DNA from: Candidatus Tectimicrobiota bacterium
Lineage (GTDB): Bacteria; JACPUC01
Direction: 5' to 3'
Assembly: GCA_016192455.1 (NCBI GenBank)
Contig: JACPUC010000006.1
Location: 1 to 64,000, forward strand
DNA: 64,000 bases
In this document: positions 10,705-21,378 of the stretch, piece by piece
How positions within the stretch are numbered: the first letter of the stretch is position 1
How the letters are laid out: each line of letters begins with the position of its first letter
The notes under the pieces: generated by a model
Told to the model about the DNA's origin: nothing
Database searches by the model: none
What the model saw: only the letters and a program-made list of their open reading frames with translations
Position numbers and translations under genes: made by a program

Positions 10705-11697
10705 CTAGCTGCCGGTCTCGGGGGTTGCCGCGAGGCGGTCGACGAGCTGCGCCACCAGGGCCGCGGTTGCGGGCGCCTCGCCGCTGCGCAGGGTGAAGCA
10801 GGCGCAGCGTTCGACAAGGCGGAGGAGGGCCTCGAAGCTCGGCACCCGGGGCGCGGGCAGGCGCACGAGCTGGTTCGCTAGATGGCGGAGCATGAGGCTG
10901 CGAGGCATCGGCTCGAGCGACGGCGCGGCGGGCTGGGCGGCGAGCTGGGGGAGGAGGATGGCCCGCAGCGGCGCGCCCGCTCCCAGCCTGGCGGGAGCTG
11001 CCCCGCTTTCCCCCTGCGCGCCTCTGTCTGCCTGGCTCACGACATCCAAGGGGTTGACGTACCAGAAGGGCCCCTTCTCTTCCTTGATGTGGTACCCGCC
11101 GGCCGACAGCCGGGGGAGGAAGGGACGCAGGGGGTCGAGGCTGCCCGCCTTGATGCTGAGAGCACGGTAGTAAGGAAGGATGCGCAGCGAGGGGACCTCA
11201 AGGAACACCACCTCATCGGCAAGGTAGCTGAAGCCGTGCGCCAGGAGGGTGCAGACGAGGGTGGTCTTGCCGGCGCCGGGGGGACCCACCACAAGAAGCC
11301 CGACGCCGCGTTTGACCACGGCCCCGGCGTGGAGCTGCAGGTAGTCGCTCAGGTGCTCGACGAGGCAGCAGGCCAGCGCCATCTCCAGCTCGGGCACCAG
11401 CTCGCGGCGGTTGCTTGTGGTGTAGAGGAGATCATCCTCTTCCAGAAGCACGTAGCGCAAGCGTCGCTGCGATCCGGCCTGCGGGGTGACGCGCCTCTGG
11501 GCAAAGAGCGACAGGGTGACATGAGCGGGTTCCGTCGGCGCGACGAGGAGATGCCGATGGAGATGCGCAAACTCGTCCACGATGGTGCGAACCGTGGAGC
11601 GCACGCACGCCGAGAAGGTGGCAAGGCGGAGGTGGCAGCTTGCTGTCCAGCACTTGGGCAGGTGGAGGAGCGACGTTGCCCGCTGATCGTGAGGCAT
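10705..11697 (-). CDS. HPr-kinase-related kinase (HprK-rel-A / lasso-peptide kinase-like)
   Basis: LQLHAGAV, Walker A GPPGAGKTT, YLADE, PYYRALSIK; start uncertain. Confidence 0.85.
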   Translation of the reverse strand: MPHDQRATSLLHLPKCWTASCHLRLATFSACVRSTVRTIVDEFAHLHRHLLVAPTEPAHVTLSLFAQRRVTPQAGSQRRLRYVLLEEDDLLYTTSNRRELVPELEMALACCLVEHLSDYLQLHAGAVVKRGVGLLVVGPPGAGKTTLVCTLLAHGFSYLADEVVFLEVPSLRILPYYRALSIKAGSLDPLRPFLPRLSAGGYHIKEEKGPFWYVNPLDVVSQADRGAQGESGAAPARLGAGAPLRAILLPQLAAQPAAPSLEPMPRSLMLRHLANQLVRLPAPRVPSFEALLRLVERCACFTLRSGEAPATAALVAQLVDRLAATPETGS

Positions 11698-12044
11698 ATC
11701 GAGCTCGGAGCAAGGTGGAGATCTTCCGGCTTCACCGCCGGCGGTCTGGTCGAACGGATTACCATCTGGCGGGGGAAAGGCGGTGAGAGAAGACGCACTC
11801 GGCAGCCGGGAACGGCCGCTGCGCAGGGGACATCGCGACGTGTCCCCGGATTGTCCCCGCCGGAGGTGCGTGGCTGGGCACGAGGCGCTGTGGCGTGGGT
11901 TTCACCCGCCTGGCGTAGATGGTGCTGAAGTAGGCAAGCAAGGTCCAAGTCATTGCAAACGCGGGCATCAGCACATGCTCAAGGGCGGCCCGCTGGCGGA
12001 TGGGCGAGCGACTTTCGACGCCGGCCCTGCAAGCGCGTCGTACC

Positions 12045-12338
12045 TCACGGCAGTGGCGCATCAAGCAGGTTGCGACTGCGAAACAATTCAAGCAGCGCCT
12101 GAATATCCTTCTCGGCCTGCTCGGGTCGCACGTCAAAACGGCCGCAGACGGCCTCCACCAGCTCCGCCATTCCATGCCGGCCATCGAGGAGGTCCCAGAT
12201 GGCTCTGGCTGTCGGGTTCAGCGCGTGAACCATCTCAGCTTGCGGGTCCAGGACAATGACCTCGTCATCGAGAGGTCGAACAATCAGGTCCTGGCGCCGA
12301 GAGGGGTGCTGCATCTGCTGCTGCTTCACGACGCGCAT
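12045..12338 (-). CDS. PqqD-family protein / RiPP recognition element (RRE)
   Basis: LDDEVIVLD..HALNPTARAIWDLLDG...LVEAVCGRFDV..EQAEKDIQALLELF..NLL. Confidence 0.9.
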   Translation of the reverse strand: MRVVKQQQMQHPSRRQDLIVRPLDDEVIVLDPQAEMVHALNPTARAIWDLLDGRHGMAELVEAVCGRFDVRPEQAEKDIQALLELFRSRNLLDAPLP

Positions 12339-12504
12339 CGACGAGCGGAGAATGGCGAAAAGCTCACGCCTCGCCGCCTAGGTTGTTCCACAACGAGCAC
12401 GTTCCTCGGCACGGCCAAGGAACGCACCCTCCCCACCCGCTCTTTCACGCAGACCAAGTGTGTCTTCCTGAAGGGACCCTGCTCGCCGCGGGCTGCGTCG
12501 AACC

Positions 12505-12816
12505 CTAGTCGTTGTCCTCGCCAAAACGCCCGCGACGCCGACGCCGGCCAGGCGGGGACGTCTTCTCCTGTTTCTTCCCCTTCCTGTCTTTGTCATCATC
12601 CTGATCCTGGGGGAGAAAGGGATTCCACCTCTGGGCTTCGACGTCTGAGAGGGCAACCGACTGGACCAGCGGGGCGACATAAGGAAGCAAGCCAATCCCC
12701 ACCAGCCCGGTCTTCAGGAACCGCCGCCGCGTGGCGCCAGACTCCGCCCCCTCGGGCTGTGACTCTCCACCCTCGCGGTCTTCGTCACTCTCGGAGCGCA
12801 TGCTGCTCGTGCTCAC
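12505..12816 (-). CDS. Putative precursor peptide with twin-arginine-like signal and YxxP motif
   Basis: GTG start with AGGAGG RBS; TRRRFLK, hydrophobic stretch, YVAPLV, VEA/Q, charged tail containing TSPP. Confidence 0.75.
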   Translation of the reverse strand: MSTSSMRSESDEDREGGESQPEGAESGATRRRFLKTGLVGIGLLPYVAPLVQSVALSDVEAQRWNPFLPQDQDDDKDRKGKKQEKTSPPGRRRRRGRFGEDND

Positions 12817-12852
12817 CGCTGATGCCTCCTACAACTAGTTCTCACGTAATAA

Positions 12853-12881
12853 ATTATAGCCGCCAGGTAAGGAGGCGTCAA
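12853..12881 (-). promoter_or_regulatory. Near-consensus sigma70 promoter for the peptide cassette
   Basis: Minus strand TTGACG (12881-12876), N17, TATAAT (12858-12853). Confidence 0.75.
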
Positions 12882-13292
12882 GTAACACTGGGAGGATCTC
12901 CGCGACTTGCACCGCTCTCTTCCACGCTTCTCGGCCTGGAGTAGTCCAACACTCCGGCCGCCGCTCCAGGCAAAACTTCATTTTCGCACGTGGTCAACGG
13001 TTCCTTTATCGCTCTCCGTCGCTGCCGCGGCCTTCGGTGTGCCGCGGCATTTTTTGAGTTGACTTTGATCGAGATTGAATTTATTTTGCTTTTCACGGAG
13101 ATATAGTAAAAACTCTGCGGCTCCACCTTAGGGTCCTCACCACAACGGTTCGGAGCTGCGGGGGAGACCACCAGCGTGTGGGGAATTCTTCATGCGGCTG
13201 CCCGCCCGCCAGCGGCTGTCAGGGGCGGCAGGCGCATCTCCAGTGCGAGCGGGGGACCAACACGGTCGAGCAACGCGAGTAAGGGAGAGGCC

Positions 13293-14834
13293 ATGATGAG
13301 AGTCGTCAGACTGCTCGGTGCGCTCCTCCTTGGGCTCTTCATCACCGCCTGCGCGCAGCGCACGCTGTACGTTTCCGATGGGCGGATCGTGCCTCCGGAG
13401 CGCGCGCTTCTAGCCCTGGCGCAACAGCAGGCAAAGTCGTCCGAAGCCGCTCGGGTGGAAGAACGCGGCATTCCCGCAGCACCACCCACCATCTCCCCCC
13501 CTCTGCAGCTCGAAGTTAGGCCCACGCCGCCATCTGGCGAATCCCCCGCGGAGGAGGCTGAGGCTGCGGGGCAAGAGCAGGCGCCGCAAGGTGAAGCCCC
13601 TGCGACGCCGGCTGAGGCCCAGCCCGAAGCTGCCGCGAAGCCGAGCAATGGCAAGGGCGCGCCTGCCGCGGCAGCGGTGGGGACGCCCGCGGCGCCGGCA
13701 AAGTCGAACGGGGCCGCACCGCCAGGACAGCGACCGGCAGTGGCGGCACCCGAGGGGATAACCGGGCGCGAAATCCCGATCCTCGCCCCGCCGGTTCCGA
13801 TCAGTGAGGAGCTGCTTCCTTTCAAAATGATCCAGGGGCAACCGGAGTACATCGTCGGCCCGGGCGATGTCCTGGCGGTGCGGCTGTTCACCCGCGGCAC
13901 CGAACGGGAACTCAGCCTCCTCGTTCCTCCATCCGGCACCATTTCGATTACATTCGTCGAGGACGTGCAGGCAGCCGGGCGCACCCCTTCCGAAATCGAT
14001 GCGGATATCACCAGAAGGCTGTCCCGCTTTTTCCGCGGCCCGCAAGTGGACGTCTTTGTCAAAGAGTACAGCAGCAAACGGATATTCTTTTTCGGCGAGG
14101 TGAACCGTGTGGCCGGCCAGCGCTCCGGGCCGGGCATCTACCCGCTGTCGGGACGCACCACGCTGTTAGAGCTTCTCCTGCAGGCCGGCAGCGAAACTCC
14201 CGACGCCGACCTGAAGCAGGTGGAGCTGACACGCGACGGGAAGGTCTATGGCTTGAACCTGGAAGACGCTCTTTTTCGCGGCGCCGCGGAGCATAATCCC
14301 GTCCTGCAACACAACGATCGCGTCCTCATCGCCAACAAGCGGCGCTTCATCAGCGCGGTGCGCGAGAAAATCCGGGTGAGCGCCTACGGCGAGGTTGTCA
14401 GGTCGGGCAGCTTCGACTTGCCAGCGGATCAGACCTTCCGCATCATGGATGCGCTGGCCTCGGCGCAAGGCTTCACCCAACGTGCAGACCTGAAAGCGAT
14501 TCGGCTCATCCGGCAGGAAAAAGGCAAGATCACCGTCCAGAAGGTCAACTTCTTTGATATCCTAAAAGGGGATGTGAACCAGAACGTGGCGCTTCAGGAC
14601 GGCGACCAGGTTTTCCTGGATCGATCCTTCTCGGCGAAGTTCAGCACTGTCCTCAACCGTGTCAACCCGATCCTATCGCTCATCCTCATCCCCGCGATCC
14701 TGCGCGACACCTATACCACCGGCGGCGGGCTGCGCTACGATACCGGGCCGGTGGAGACTGGCGTGGGCGTGTCGCCGGAGGTTACCACGATTGCCAGGGA
14801 GCAGTTGCTGCGGACCTTGCCCGTGGCGCCGTAG
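13293..14834 (+). CDS. wza: Polysaccharide export lipoprotein (Wza/OPX, SLBB domains) with Pro/Ala-rich N-terminal linker
   Basis: Lipobox FITAC; EYIVGPGDVL, G.IS..V..AGRT, FGEV..PGIY, second SLBB GEV..SG. Confidence 0.88.
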   Translation: MMRVVRLLGALLLGLFITACAQRTLYVSDGRIVPPERALLALAQQQAKSSEAARVEERGIPAAPPTISPPLQLEVRPTPPSGESPAEEAEAAGQEQAPQGEAPATPAEAQPEAAAKPSNGKGAPAAAAVGTPAAPAKSNGAAPPGQRPAVAAPEGITGREIPILAPPVPISEELLPFKMIQGQPEYIVGPGDVLAVRLFTRGTERELSLLVPPSGTISITFVEDVQAAGRTPSEIDADITRRLSRFFRGPQVDVFVKEYSSKRIFFFGEVNRVAGQRSGPGIYPLSGRTTLLELLLQAGSETPDADLKQVELTRDGKVYGLNLEDALFRGAAEHNPVLQHNDRVLIANKRRFISAVREKIRVSAYGEVVRSGSFDLPADQTFRIMDALASAQGFTQRADLKAIRLIRQEKGKITVQKVNFFDILKGDVNQNVALQDGDQVFLDRSFSAKFSTVLNRVNPILSLILIPAILRDTYTTGGGLRYDTGPVETGVGVSPEVTTIAREQLLRTLPVAP

Positions 14835-15277
14835 CGCTCGACGGTTGACGGTGCGCGAGGGCCGAGGCAGCGGCCGCGAGCCGGCGCGGCGAGGTCGTCG
14901 TGGACCAGCAGCGGCAACACGCTTGGCGCTCTTGCTGCGCGCCTTGCATGCCGATAGGGGCGGTAAGCGCCCTTCGCGCGGCGACATTGGCGCGCCGCGG
15001 GAGGGTGGAGGTGCGCCACGGGGTGATCGCCTCTTCGTCCGCATGCGAGGGGACCGCCTTGTGACTTGCTAGGAAGGGTGGGAATGCGTATACGTTTACA
15101 TAGGGGATGAAAAAGCAGACGGTGTTTGTTCGAGCGGTTGAGGCTGTCGAGGAGGGGTGGCGCCGTAGTGGTAGGAGGGCGGCGGCGAAGAGCCGCCCGC
15201 CGCGGAGTGGGTCGGGCGGCGCAAAAGTGAACTGCGGCGGTATTCTCCACCACCCATGGTTTTTCTAGTGTGCAGCA

Positions 15278-17869
15278 ATGGCAACCTACGAATTTAACAT
15301 TCGCGACTACTGGCATATCATCCGCAAGCGCAAGATGGTGGTCATCTTCACCATCGTCATGTTGGGCTTTTTCAGCTTCGCCTTCGGCTCCTTGCGCAAG
15401 CCCATTCCGATCTACCGCGCCACCTCAGCGGTGAAGATTGATCAGAATGTGGGTCTGGCCGGGAGGTATTTCGACAGCGGCACCGCGGCGGCGGGTGACA
15501 ACCTAGAGACGCAGGCGATGATCATCCAAAGCTTCCCGATCATGGAGCGGGTGGCCCGGCAGTTGAAGATCGTCTCAGGGGAAGGAGAGACCGAGGAGGT
15601 CCGGAACAGCAACGAGTACCTGAACCAGATTCTTGCCATCAAGGGGCAGGTGAACACCTCGCAAGAAGGGTTCACGAATATCATCAATGTCCACGCCACC
15701 TCCCGCGACCCGCGCTTTGCCCAGAAGCTCGCCAATGCCGTGGCCGAGGTCTACCGCGATTTCCACAACAGCAAGCGCAATCAGCGCAAGAACGATACCC
15801 GGGAGTTTATCGAAAAGCAGCTTCTCGTCTACCGGCAGCGCTTGGCCGAGGGTGAGGAGGAGGTCCGCCAGTACCGCGAGCGCCACAACATCGTCTCCAT
15901 CGATGCGCAGTCCGGGCAGCTCCTGACGCAGCGGCAGTCGGTGGAGGATCGCCAGAAACTGCTTGAAGCCTCCCTCAGGGACCTCGATTCCGTGGAACGG
16001 GAGCTGCGGAATACGAGAAATCTCCAGCAAGCGAATCTCGGCACCTTCTTCGCCGAAGGTGTGAGCGGCATGTTCGGGCGCCTCCACGCCCGTCTCACGG
16101 AACTCAACCTCCAGCGCGACACCCTCCTCTTGCAGTTCACGAAAGAGCACCCGCAGGTGCAGGACATGAACCTGCAGATCGAAGAAGTCCTCATGGCCAT
16201 GACGAATGAGTTGAAGGGCCACCGGGATTCGCTGCGCTTCCGGCTGAAAGAGGTAGAGGCTACGGCCAAGGGGCTCGAGGAGTACTCCCAGCGGCTGCCG
16301 CAGTTGGGACTGGAGCTGGCCCGCCTGCAGCGCCGGGTGGCCCTGAACGGCGAGCTTTACACGTTCCTGGAGCGGAAGTACCAGGAAGCCCTCATCAATG
16401 AGTCGGAGAAAGTCGAAGAGGTCAGCATCGTGCGGCCGGCCCTGCTGCCGACCGAGCCGATCAACCAGCCGAGCGTGGTGACCACCACCATGGTCGGGAT
16501 CGTCCTTGGCGGCATCCTGGGATTGGTGTTCGCCTTCATCCTGGAAACCTTGGATACCTCGATCGGGCGCATCGAAGATATCGAGAGCTACCTCGATGTG
16601 CCGGTGCTCGGCGTCATCCCCTACTTCGAGATTGAAACGCACGGCGAAGAGGAGACCGAGCCGGACGGCGGTCGCGGGGAGCAGGCCACGCGGCAGAGTC
16701 GCGCCCTGCTGAGCTCGTTCTACTCGCAGAACTCGAGCGCGGCGGAGGCGTACCGCTCGCTGCGCACGAACGTGCAGTTCCTGCTGCGCGAGCGGAACCT
16801 GAAGACCATCGTGGTCTCGAGCACGACGCCGCGCGAGGGGAAATCGACCATCGCCGTCAATACCGCCGTGGCGATGGCCCTGGTCGGCCTGCGCACGTTG
16901 CTCATCGACTGCGACCTGCGGCGTCCATCGATCGCCCGCTACTTCGGCATCGAGAACGATCTCGGCTTCACCGATATCATCGTCGGCAACAGCGACTGGC
17001 GCGAGACCGTGAAGACGGTTGCCGACATCATCATGGGGCAGATGGGCCTGGAGAGCGTCCTCAACACGCCGGGGATCGATAACCTCAACCTCATCGTCAG
17101 CGGCAAGGTTCCGTTGAATCCCACGGAGATGCTCAACTCCAAGCGCGCCGAGGAGCTCATCCGGGAGATCAGCGCGGACTATGACGTGGTGCTGATCGAC
17201 ACGCCGCCCATCCTGCCGGTGACTGATGCGGTGGTCCTCGGTTCGAAGGTCGACGGCGTCATCCTGGTGTACCTGGCGGGCGAGACGGGGCGCAAGTCGC
17301 TGATGCACGCCAAGGGGCAGATGGATGCGGTGCGGGCGGAGGTGCTGGGCATCGTGCTGAACGGCCTGAAGTCGGCTATGAGCCCCGATTACATGGATTA
17401 TGGCTACTATCACTACTATGGTCAGGCCGAGGAAGAGGGGAAGGTGGGGCTTGGCGAGGAGGGCTTTGGGCCCTTGCAGAAGGTGAAGCGCCTCTTTGGC
17501 CGTCTGACGGGATCCGGGAAGAAGGCGGGGAGCGCGGTTGCGAGCGAGCCCGAGCAGGAGTTCGAGGGTTTGGGAATGAAAACGCGCGGCTCGGCGGAGA
17601 ACGGGCGCTCGCTGACGAAGACCCTCTTCCTCTTCCTCGCCGTTGCCGCCCTGCTGGTCGGCTATATCCTGGCCCACGGCCAGCCACCCAGGCAGAGCGA
17701 AGACATCATCCCACAGCGCGCCGCGGTGCGCACCTCGCAGGTGAGCAGCCCCGCGGAGACGATGCCGGACGGCGTCGCACCCCCTCCCGCCGCGACTGTC
17801 GCGGCGCCGGTTTCCAAGGTTTCTGCCGTACCGAAGGCCAAAGCGCCAGCGCGCGCGGCGGGGCCGTAG
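15278..17869 (+). CDS. wzc: Polysaccharide co-polymerase / tyrosine autokinase
   Basis: N-terminal TM, coiled-coil domain, second TM, AEAYRSLRTN, STTPREGKST, IDCDLRRP, IDTPP, Tyr cluster YMDYGYYHYY. Confidence 0.93.
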   Translation: MATYEFNIRDYWHIIRKRKMVVIFTIVMLGFFSFAFGSLRKPIPIYRATSAVKIDQNVGLAGRYFDSGTAAAGDNLETQAMIIQSFPIMERVARQLKIVSGEGETEEVRNSNEYLNQILAIKGQVNTSQEGFTNIINVHATSRDPRFAQKLANAVAEVYRDFHNSKRNQRKNDTREFIEKQLLVYRQRLAEGEEEVRQYRERHNIVSIDAQSGQLLTQRQSVEDRQKLLEASLRDLDSVERELRNTRNLQQANLGTFFAEGVSGMFGRLHARLTELNLQRDTLLLQFTKEHPQVQDMNLQIEEVLMAMTNELKGHRDSLRFRLKEVEATAKGLEEYSQRLPQLGLELARLQRRVALNGELYTFLERKYQEALINESEKVEEVSIVRPALLPTEPINQPSVVTTTMVGIVLGGILGLVFAFILETLDTSIGRIEDIESYLDVPVLGVIPYFEIETHGEEETEPDGGRGEQATRQSRALLSSFYSQNSSAAEAYRSLRTNVQFLLRERNLKTIVVSSTTPREGKSTIAVNTAVAMALVGLRTLLIDCDLRRPSIARYFGIENDLGFTDIIVGNSDWRETVKTVADIIMGQMGLESVLNTPGIDNLNLIVSGKVPLNPTEMLNSKRAEELIREISADYDVVLIDTPPILPVTDAVVLGSKVDGVILVYLAGETGRKSLMHAKGQMDAVRAEVLGIVLNGLKSAMSPDYMDYGYYHYYGQAEEEGKVGLGEEGFGPLQKVKRLFGRLTGSGKKAGSAVASEPEQEFEGLGMKTRGSAENGRSLTKTLFLFLAVAALLVGYILAHGQPPRQSEDIIPQRAAVRTSQVSSPAETMPDGVAPPPAATVAAPVSKVSAVPKAKAPARAAGP

Positions 17870-18260
17870 CGCGGCAGGAGGCGACCCCGCGGCCGCCAAC
17901 GCGGCATCGGACCATCGGCGAGCCGGCGAGCAAGCGCCCCGGGCCCTGGTGAGGCGCGGGGGTGGCGGCGCCGCGGCGGCGCGACCGCTGCGAGGCGGCG
18001 TAGGGCAGCCTCCCTCTTGGCGTGCGTGGACCTCGCGACCCCCTCCTTTACCAACACCGCCCCCACAACGCTGGGGGCGACGGTCAGCGCGGCGTTGGCG
18101 GCGCACAACCGCGCCGAGCACCCTTCCTTGCCGATCTCCTCTCTCCCCGGCCCTCCGCGCCGGGAGACGCCTGCGGGAGCGCCGTCAGGGCGCGCCAGCC
18201 GCGGCGCTTGCGCTGGGCGCCGGGGCAGCCCGGCAGCGAAGAAGCATCGGGACCCTCACC

Positions 18261-19964
18261 ATGCGTGGACCAACCGCCGGGTCAGCAAGCCTTGTGATGC
18301 TCCTGTTCGTCGCCGTGATCCTGGTGGTCACGTTCTTCGCCGGCTTGGTCGTCATTCAAATTCCTGGCTTCGTGGCGTTGTCCGTCGGCCTCGGCCTCGC
18401 CATGTTCGTCCTTGCCTTCTTCAACCTCGATCTCGCTCTCTTCTTGCTCATCTTTGCCATGCTCCTGTCGCCGGAGTTCAGCGTTGGCGGTGGCGGCGGC
18501 ACCAGCATGGAAACCCAGCGCGGCGCGGTCATTCGCCTCGATGACCTCCTCCTCGTCCTGATCTCCTTCTCCTGGCTGGCTCGCATGGCGCTGCAAAAGG
18601 ACCTGGGCCTCATCCTGCGGACGCCCTTGAATCGGCCCATCATTGCCTACACCTTCGTCTTCGTCTTGTCCACCGGCCTGGGCATGATGGTGGGTCGGGT
18701 ACAAATCTTCTCCGGCTTCTTCTTCATCCTGAAGTACCTCGAGTACTTCGTGCTCTACTTCATGGTCTCCAATAGCCTGAGAACGAAATCGCAGGCCTAC
18801 CGCTACATCGCTGCCCTGCTCATCACGGCGGGGATCGTGTCGGTGATCGCGATCGTCCAGATTCCCGGAGGCCGGCGGGTTTCGGCGCCTTTTGAAGGGG
18901 AGCGCGGCGAACCGAATACCCTCGGTGGCTACCTGGTGCTGATGATCGCGCTCTCCCTGAGCATGGCGCTGACCATCCGCGACCGCGCCAAGACCTGGTT
19001 ACTCGTGGGTCTTAGCTTCATCATGGTCATCCCCGTCCTCTTCAGCCTGTCGCGCAGCTCCTGGCTGGCGATGTTCCCCATGACGGCGGTGCTCCTCTTC
19101 TTCTGCAAACGCCGCGGCTACCTCCTCCTGGGGGTGATCGTCATTGCCCTCCTGGCGCAGAGCGTCATTCCGCCTGAGGTGCGCAACCGCATCTTGTACA
19201 CCTTCCAGCAGCAGCGCACCTCCGTCGCGGTCGGCGGCGTGGCCCTCGATCCTTCGACCTCGGCGCGACTCTCCAGCTACTGGTCGGTCCTGACGGACGT
19301 CACCAAGCATCCCATTCTCGGCTACGGGGTGACAGGCTACCCATTTCTGGATACCCAGCTCATGAAAGTGCTTGCCGATACCGGGCTGGCCGGGGTGGGG
19401 ACCTTCCTGTGGCTCATCGCGGCCTTGTTCTACCACATCTGGTCCAGTCTCAAACGCGCCACGACTCCGCTGGAGGAGGGGATCGCGCTGGGGTTCCTGG
19501 CCGGACTTGCGGCCATGCTCACCCATTCCCTGGGTTCAAACACCTTTATCATCGTGCGCATCATGGAGCCGTTCTGGTTCCTGGCGGCAATCGTCACGCT
19601 TCTGCCGAGCCTCGAGGAGAAAGCCGCGGTGGAACCATCCGTGCCTGCTCCTCGCCGCTTGCAGCGTCGTCCCCTGCCGTTGCCAACGCGGCTGACGCCG
19701 CGGCCTGTGGGTCGAGCCGTGGCGCCGGAGCCTCCCGCCCCGAGCGAGCAGCCAGCGGAGCGCGCGCCTGAACCCCGGAGCAGGCGACCTGCCGGGCGCC
19801 AGCCCGCCCGCCCAAGTCCGCCGGCGCCGAAGCCCGGGCGGGGTGTGCGGATCAGCGGGGCCGTTGCAGCGCGAAGAGGCGGGAGCGCTTCAGCCCCAGG
19901 CGAGCCAAAAGATACTCGGCAAGGCAGTGGAGGAAGCGCAGGCCGTAGCCGACGCTCCGGATGA
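18261..19964 (+). CDS. O-antigen ligase / Wzy polymerase family membrane protein
   Basis: More than 10 TM segments, [31 protein letters not shown]; Pro-rich tail. Confidence 0.85.
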   Translation: MRGPTAGSASLVMLLFVAVILVVTFFAGLVVIQIPGFVALSVGLGLAMFVLAFFNLDLALFLLIFAMLLSPEFSVGGGGGTSMETQRGAVIRLDDLLLVLISFSWLARMALQKDLGLILRTPLNRPIIAYTFVFVLSTGLGMMVGRVQIFSGFFFILKYLEYFVLYFMVSNSLRTKSQAYRYIAALLITAGIVSVIAIVQIPGGRRVSAPFEGERGEPNTLGGYLVLMIALSLSMALTIRDRAKTWLLVGLSFIMVIPVLFSLSRSSWLAMFPMTAVLLFFCKRRGYLLLGVIVIALLAQSVIPPEVRNRILYTFQQQRTSVAVGGVALDPSTSARLSSYWSVLTDVTKHPILGYGVTGYPFLDTQLMKVLADTGLAGVGTFLWLIAALFYHIWSSLKRATTPLEEGIALGFLAGLAAMLTHSLGSNTFIIVRIMEPFWFLAAIVTLLPSLEEKAAVEPSVPAPRRLQRRPLPLPTRLTPRPVGRAVAPEPPAPSEQPAERAPEPRSRRPAGRQPARPSPPAPKPGRGVRISGAVAARRGGSASAPGEPKDTRQGSGGSAGRSRRSG

Positions 19965-20595
19965 AGGAGATCGACGAGGCCTCCCGCATGTAACGCACCG
20001 GGATGGGCGCATCGCCAAGCCGAAAGCCGAAGGCCACCGTCTGAACCAGGAGCTGCGCGTCGAACTCAAACCCATCGCCGTTCCGCTGGAAGGGGATGGT
20101 CTCGAGCACCTCGCGCCGATACACCCGAAAGCCGGAGTGCACCTCGCCGAGGTTCTGTCCCAGCACCACGTTGCTGATGATGGTGAGGAGCCGATTGAAG
20201 AAGTACTTGTAGGGCGGCATGCCGGACGAGAGCGCCTCGCGGCGGGTGCGGATGCGCGAGCCGAGCATCAGGTCGCAGACGCCGTGCTCGATGAAGCCGA
20301 GGAAATAGGGGATGAGGCGGCTATCGTACTGGTAGTCGGGATGCAGCATGACGATGACGTCGGCTCCGGCTTTTAACGCCGCTTCATAGCAGGTCTTCTG
20401 GTTGCGACCGTAACCGTAGTTGCGGTCGTGGCAGTGCACCTCCAGGCCGAGGGAACGGGCAATCGCCACGGTGGCGTCGCGGCTGCCGTCGTCCACCAAG
20501 ATGATGCGGTCCACGCAGTCAGCCGGAATGTCGGCAACCGTGCGCGCCAGGGTTCGGGCCGCGTTATAGGCGGGGAGTACCACCACCACACGCAC
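19852..20595 (-). CDS. Glycosyltransferase family 2 (DPM1-like)
   Basis: [42 protein letters not shown] start with GGAG RBS. Confidence 0.9.
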   Translation of the reverse strand: MRVVVVLPAYNAARTLARTVADIPADCVDRIILVDDGSRDATVAIARSLGLEVHCHDRNYGYGRNQKTCYEAALKAGADVIVMLHPDYQYDSRLIPYFLGFIEHGVCDLMLGSRIRTRREALSSGMPPYKYFFNRLLTIISNVVLGQNLGEVHSGFRVYRREVLETIPFQRNGDGFEFDAQLLVQTVAFGFRLGDAPIPVRYMREASSISFIRSVGYGLRFLHCLAEYLLARLGLKRSRLFALQRPR

Positions 20596-21378
20596 CGTCG
20601 TGTTCTCCGGCGCAGTGCCGCATCTCGGCGCGGGGGCGGGAAGGCTGCCTGCCGCGGCCTTCACGAACCGGTTTCGAAAGCCAGCCGCGATCCGGCGCGC
20701 CGTGCCCCCAGAGCAGCCCCTGCCGCGGCGAGCGGGGCCGCCGCGCGCGGCCCCAGGAAGCCTGCGCTGCCGCAGGCGGAGCGCTCGCCCGGCGTGCTCA
20801 TCGGCTGCGGAGTGTACCATACCATACGATGACCGCGGAGGGTACCGTGGCCGCGGGCTCCGTCGAGCCCGTTGTCGGTGAACTTCGCCGACAGGCGGCT
20901 GGCGCGGCCGGCGGCGCGCCGCCGGCGACTCTCCCCGTGCGGCCAGGCGCTCGCTGCCGCGCGAGCTCGCATGAGCCCCTCCGAGCAGTCGCGGATGAGT
21001 CGGCTGGAGGTCTCGAACACCCGCCCTTGGGTCCATCGCGGGAGCGCAACTTCCAGGACGCCACGCTCGCATCGCCTGCCGTGTTCAGTGCCGGCGTGGT
21101 GAGCGAGCGGCAGCGACGCTCGATCTCAGGTCATCCAGGCGATGAGGCGGCAAGCCGGCCGCTCCAGTCCAGGGCCGGGCCGCCGATGCTCAGGCGCCTG
21201 CAGGGCACGCCGATCCTTCCCCCACGCCGAGGCGCCATGCTACACTGCGCCGCACCCCCTCCCTCCCGCACCAGCCGCGAGGAGCAGCGCGGGCCGCCGG
21301 CGGGGCGCCACGCCGCAAGGCTCGGCTGACGGCCGCCGGGGCAGCCGAGCCATCTCCTGACCTATCCGGTTGCCACGC

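Noticed and set aside
15575-18121. Long antisense ORFs (848 aa here; also 22207-24513, 32532-34217, 40115-42283, 53180-55423, 57237-59075)
   Set aside because: Shadow frames of well-supported genes in high-GC DNA, with no motifs
17867-18260. Read-through of the Wzc TAG into a further domain
   Set aside because: The downstream frame is low-complexity Arg/Gly/Pro with no domain signal or recoding hairpin
20600-21370. Short ORFs in GC-rich intergenic gaps (also 52575-53100, 48270-48730, 43021-43360)
   Set aside because: No RBS or motif support and biased composition; treated as non-coding or unresolved
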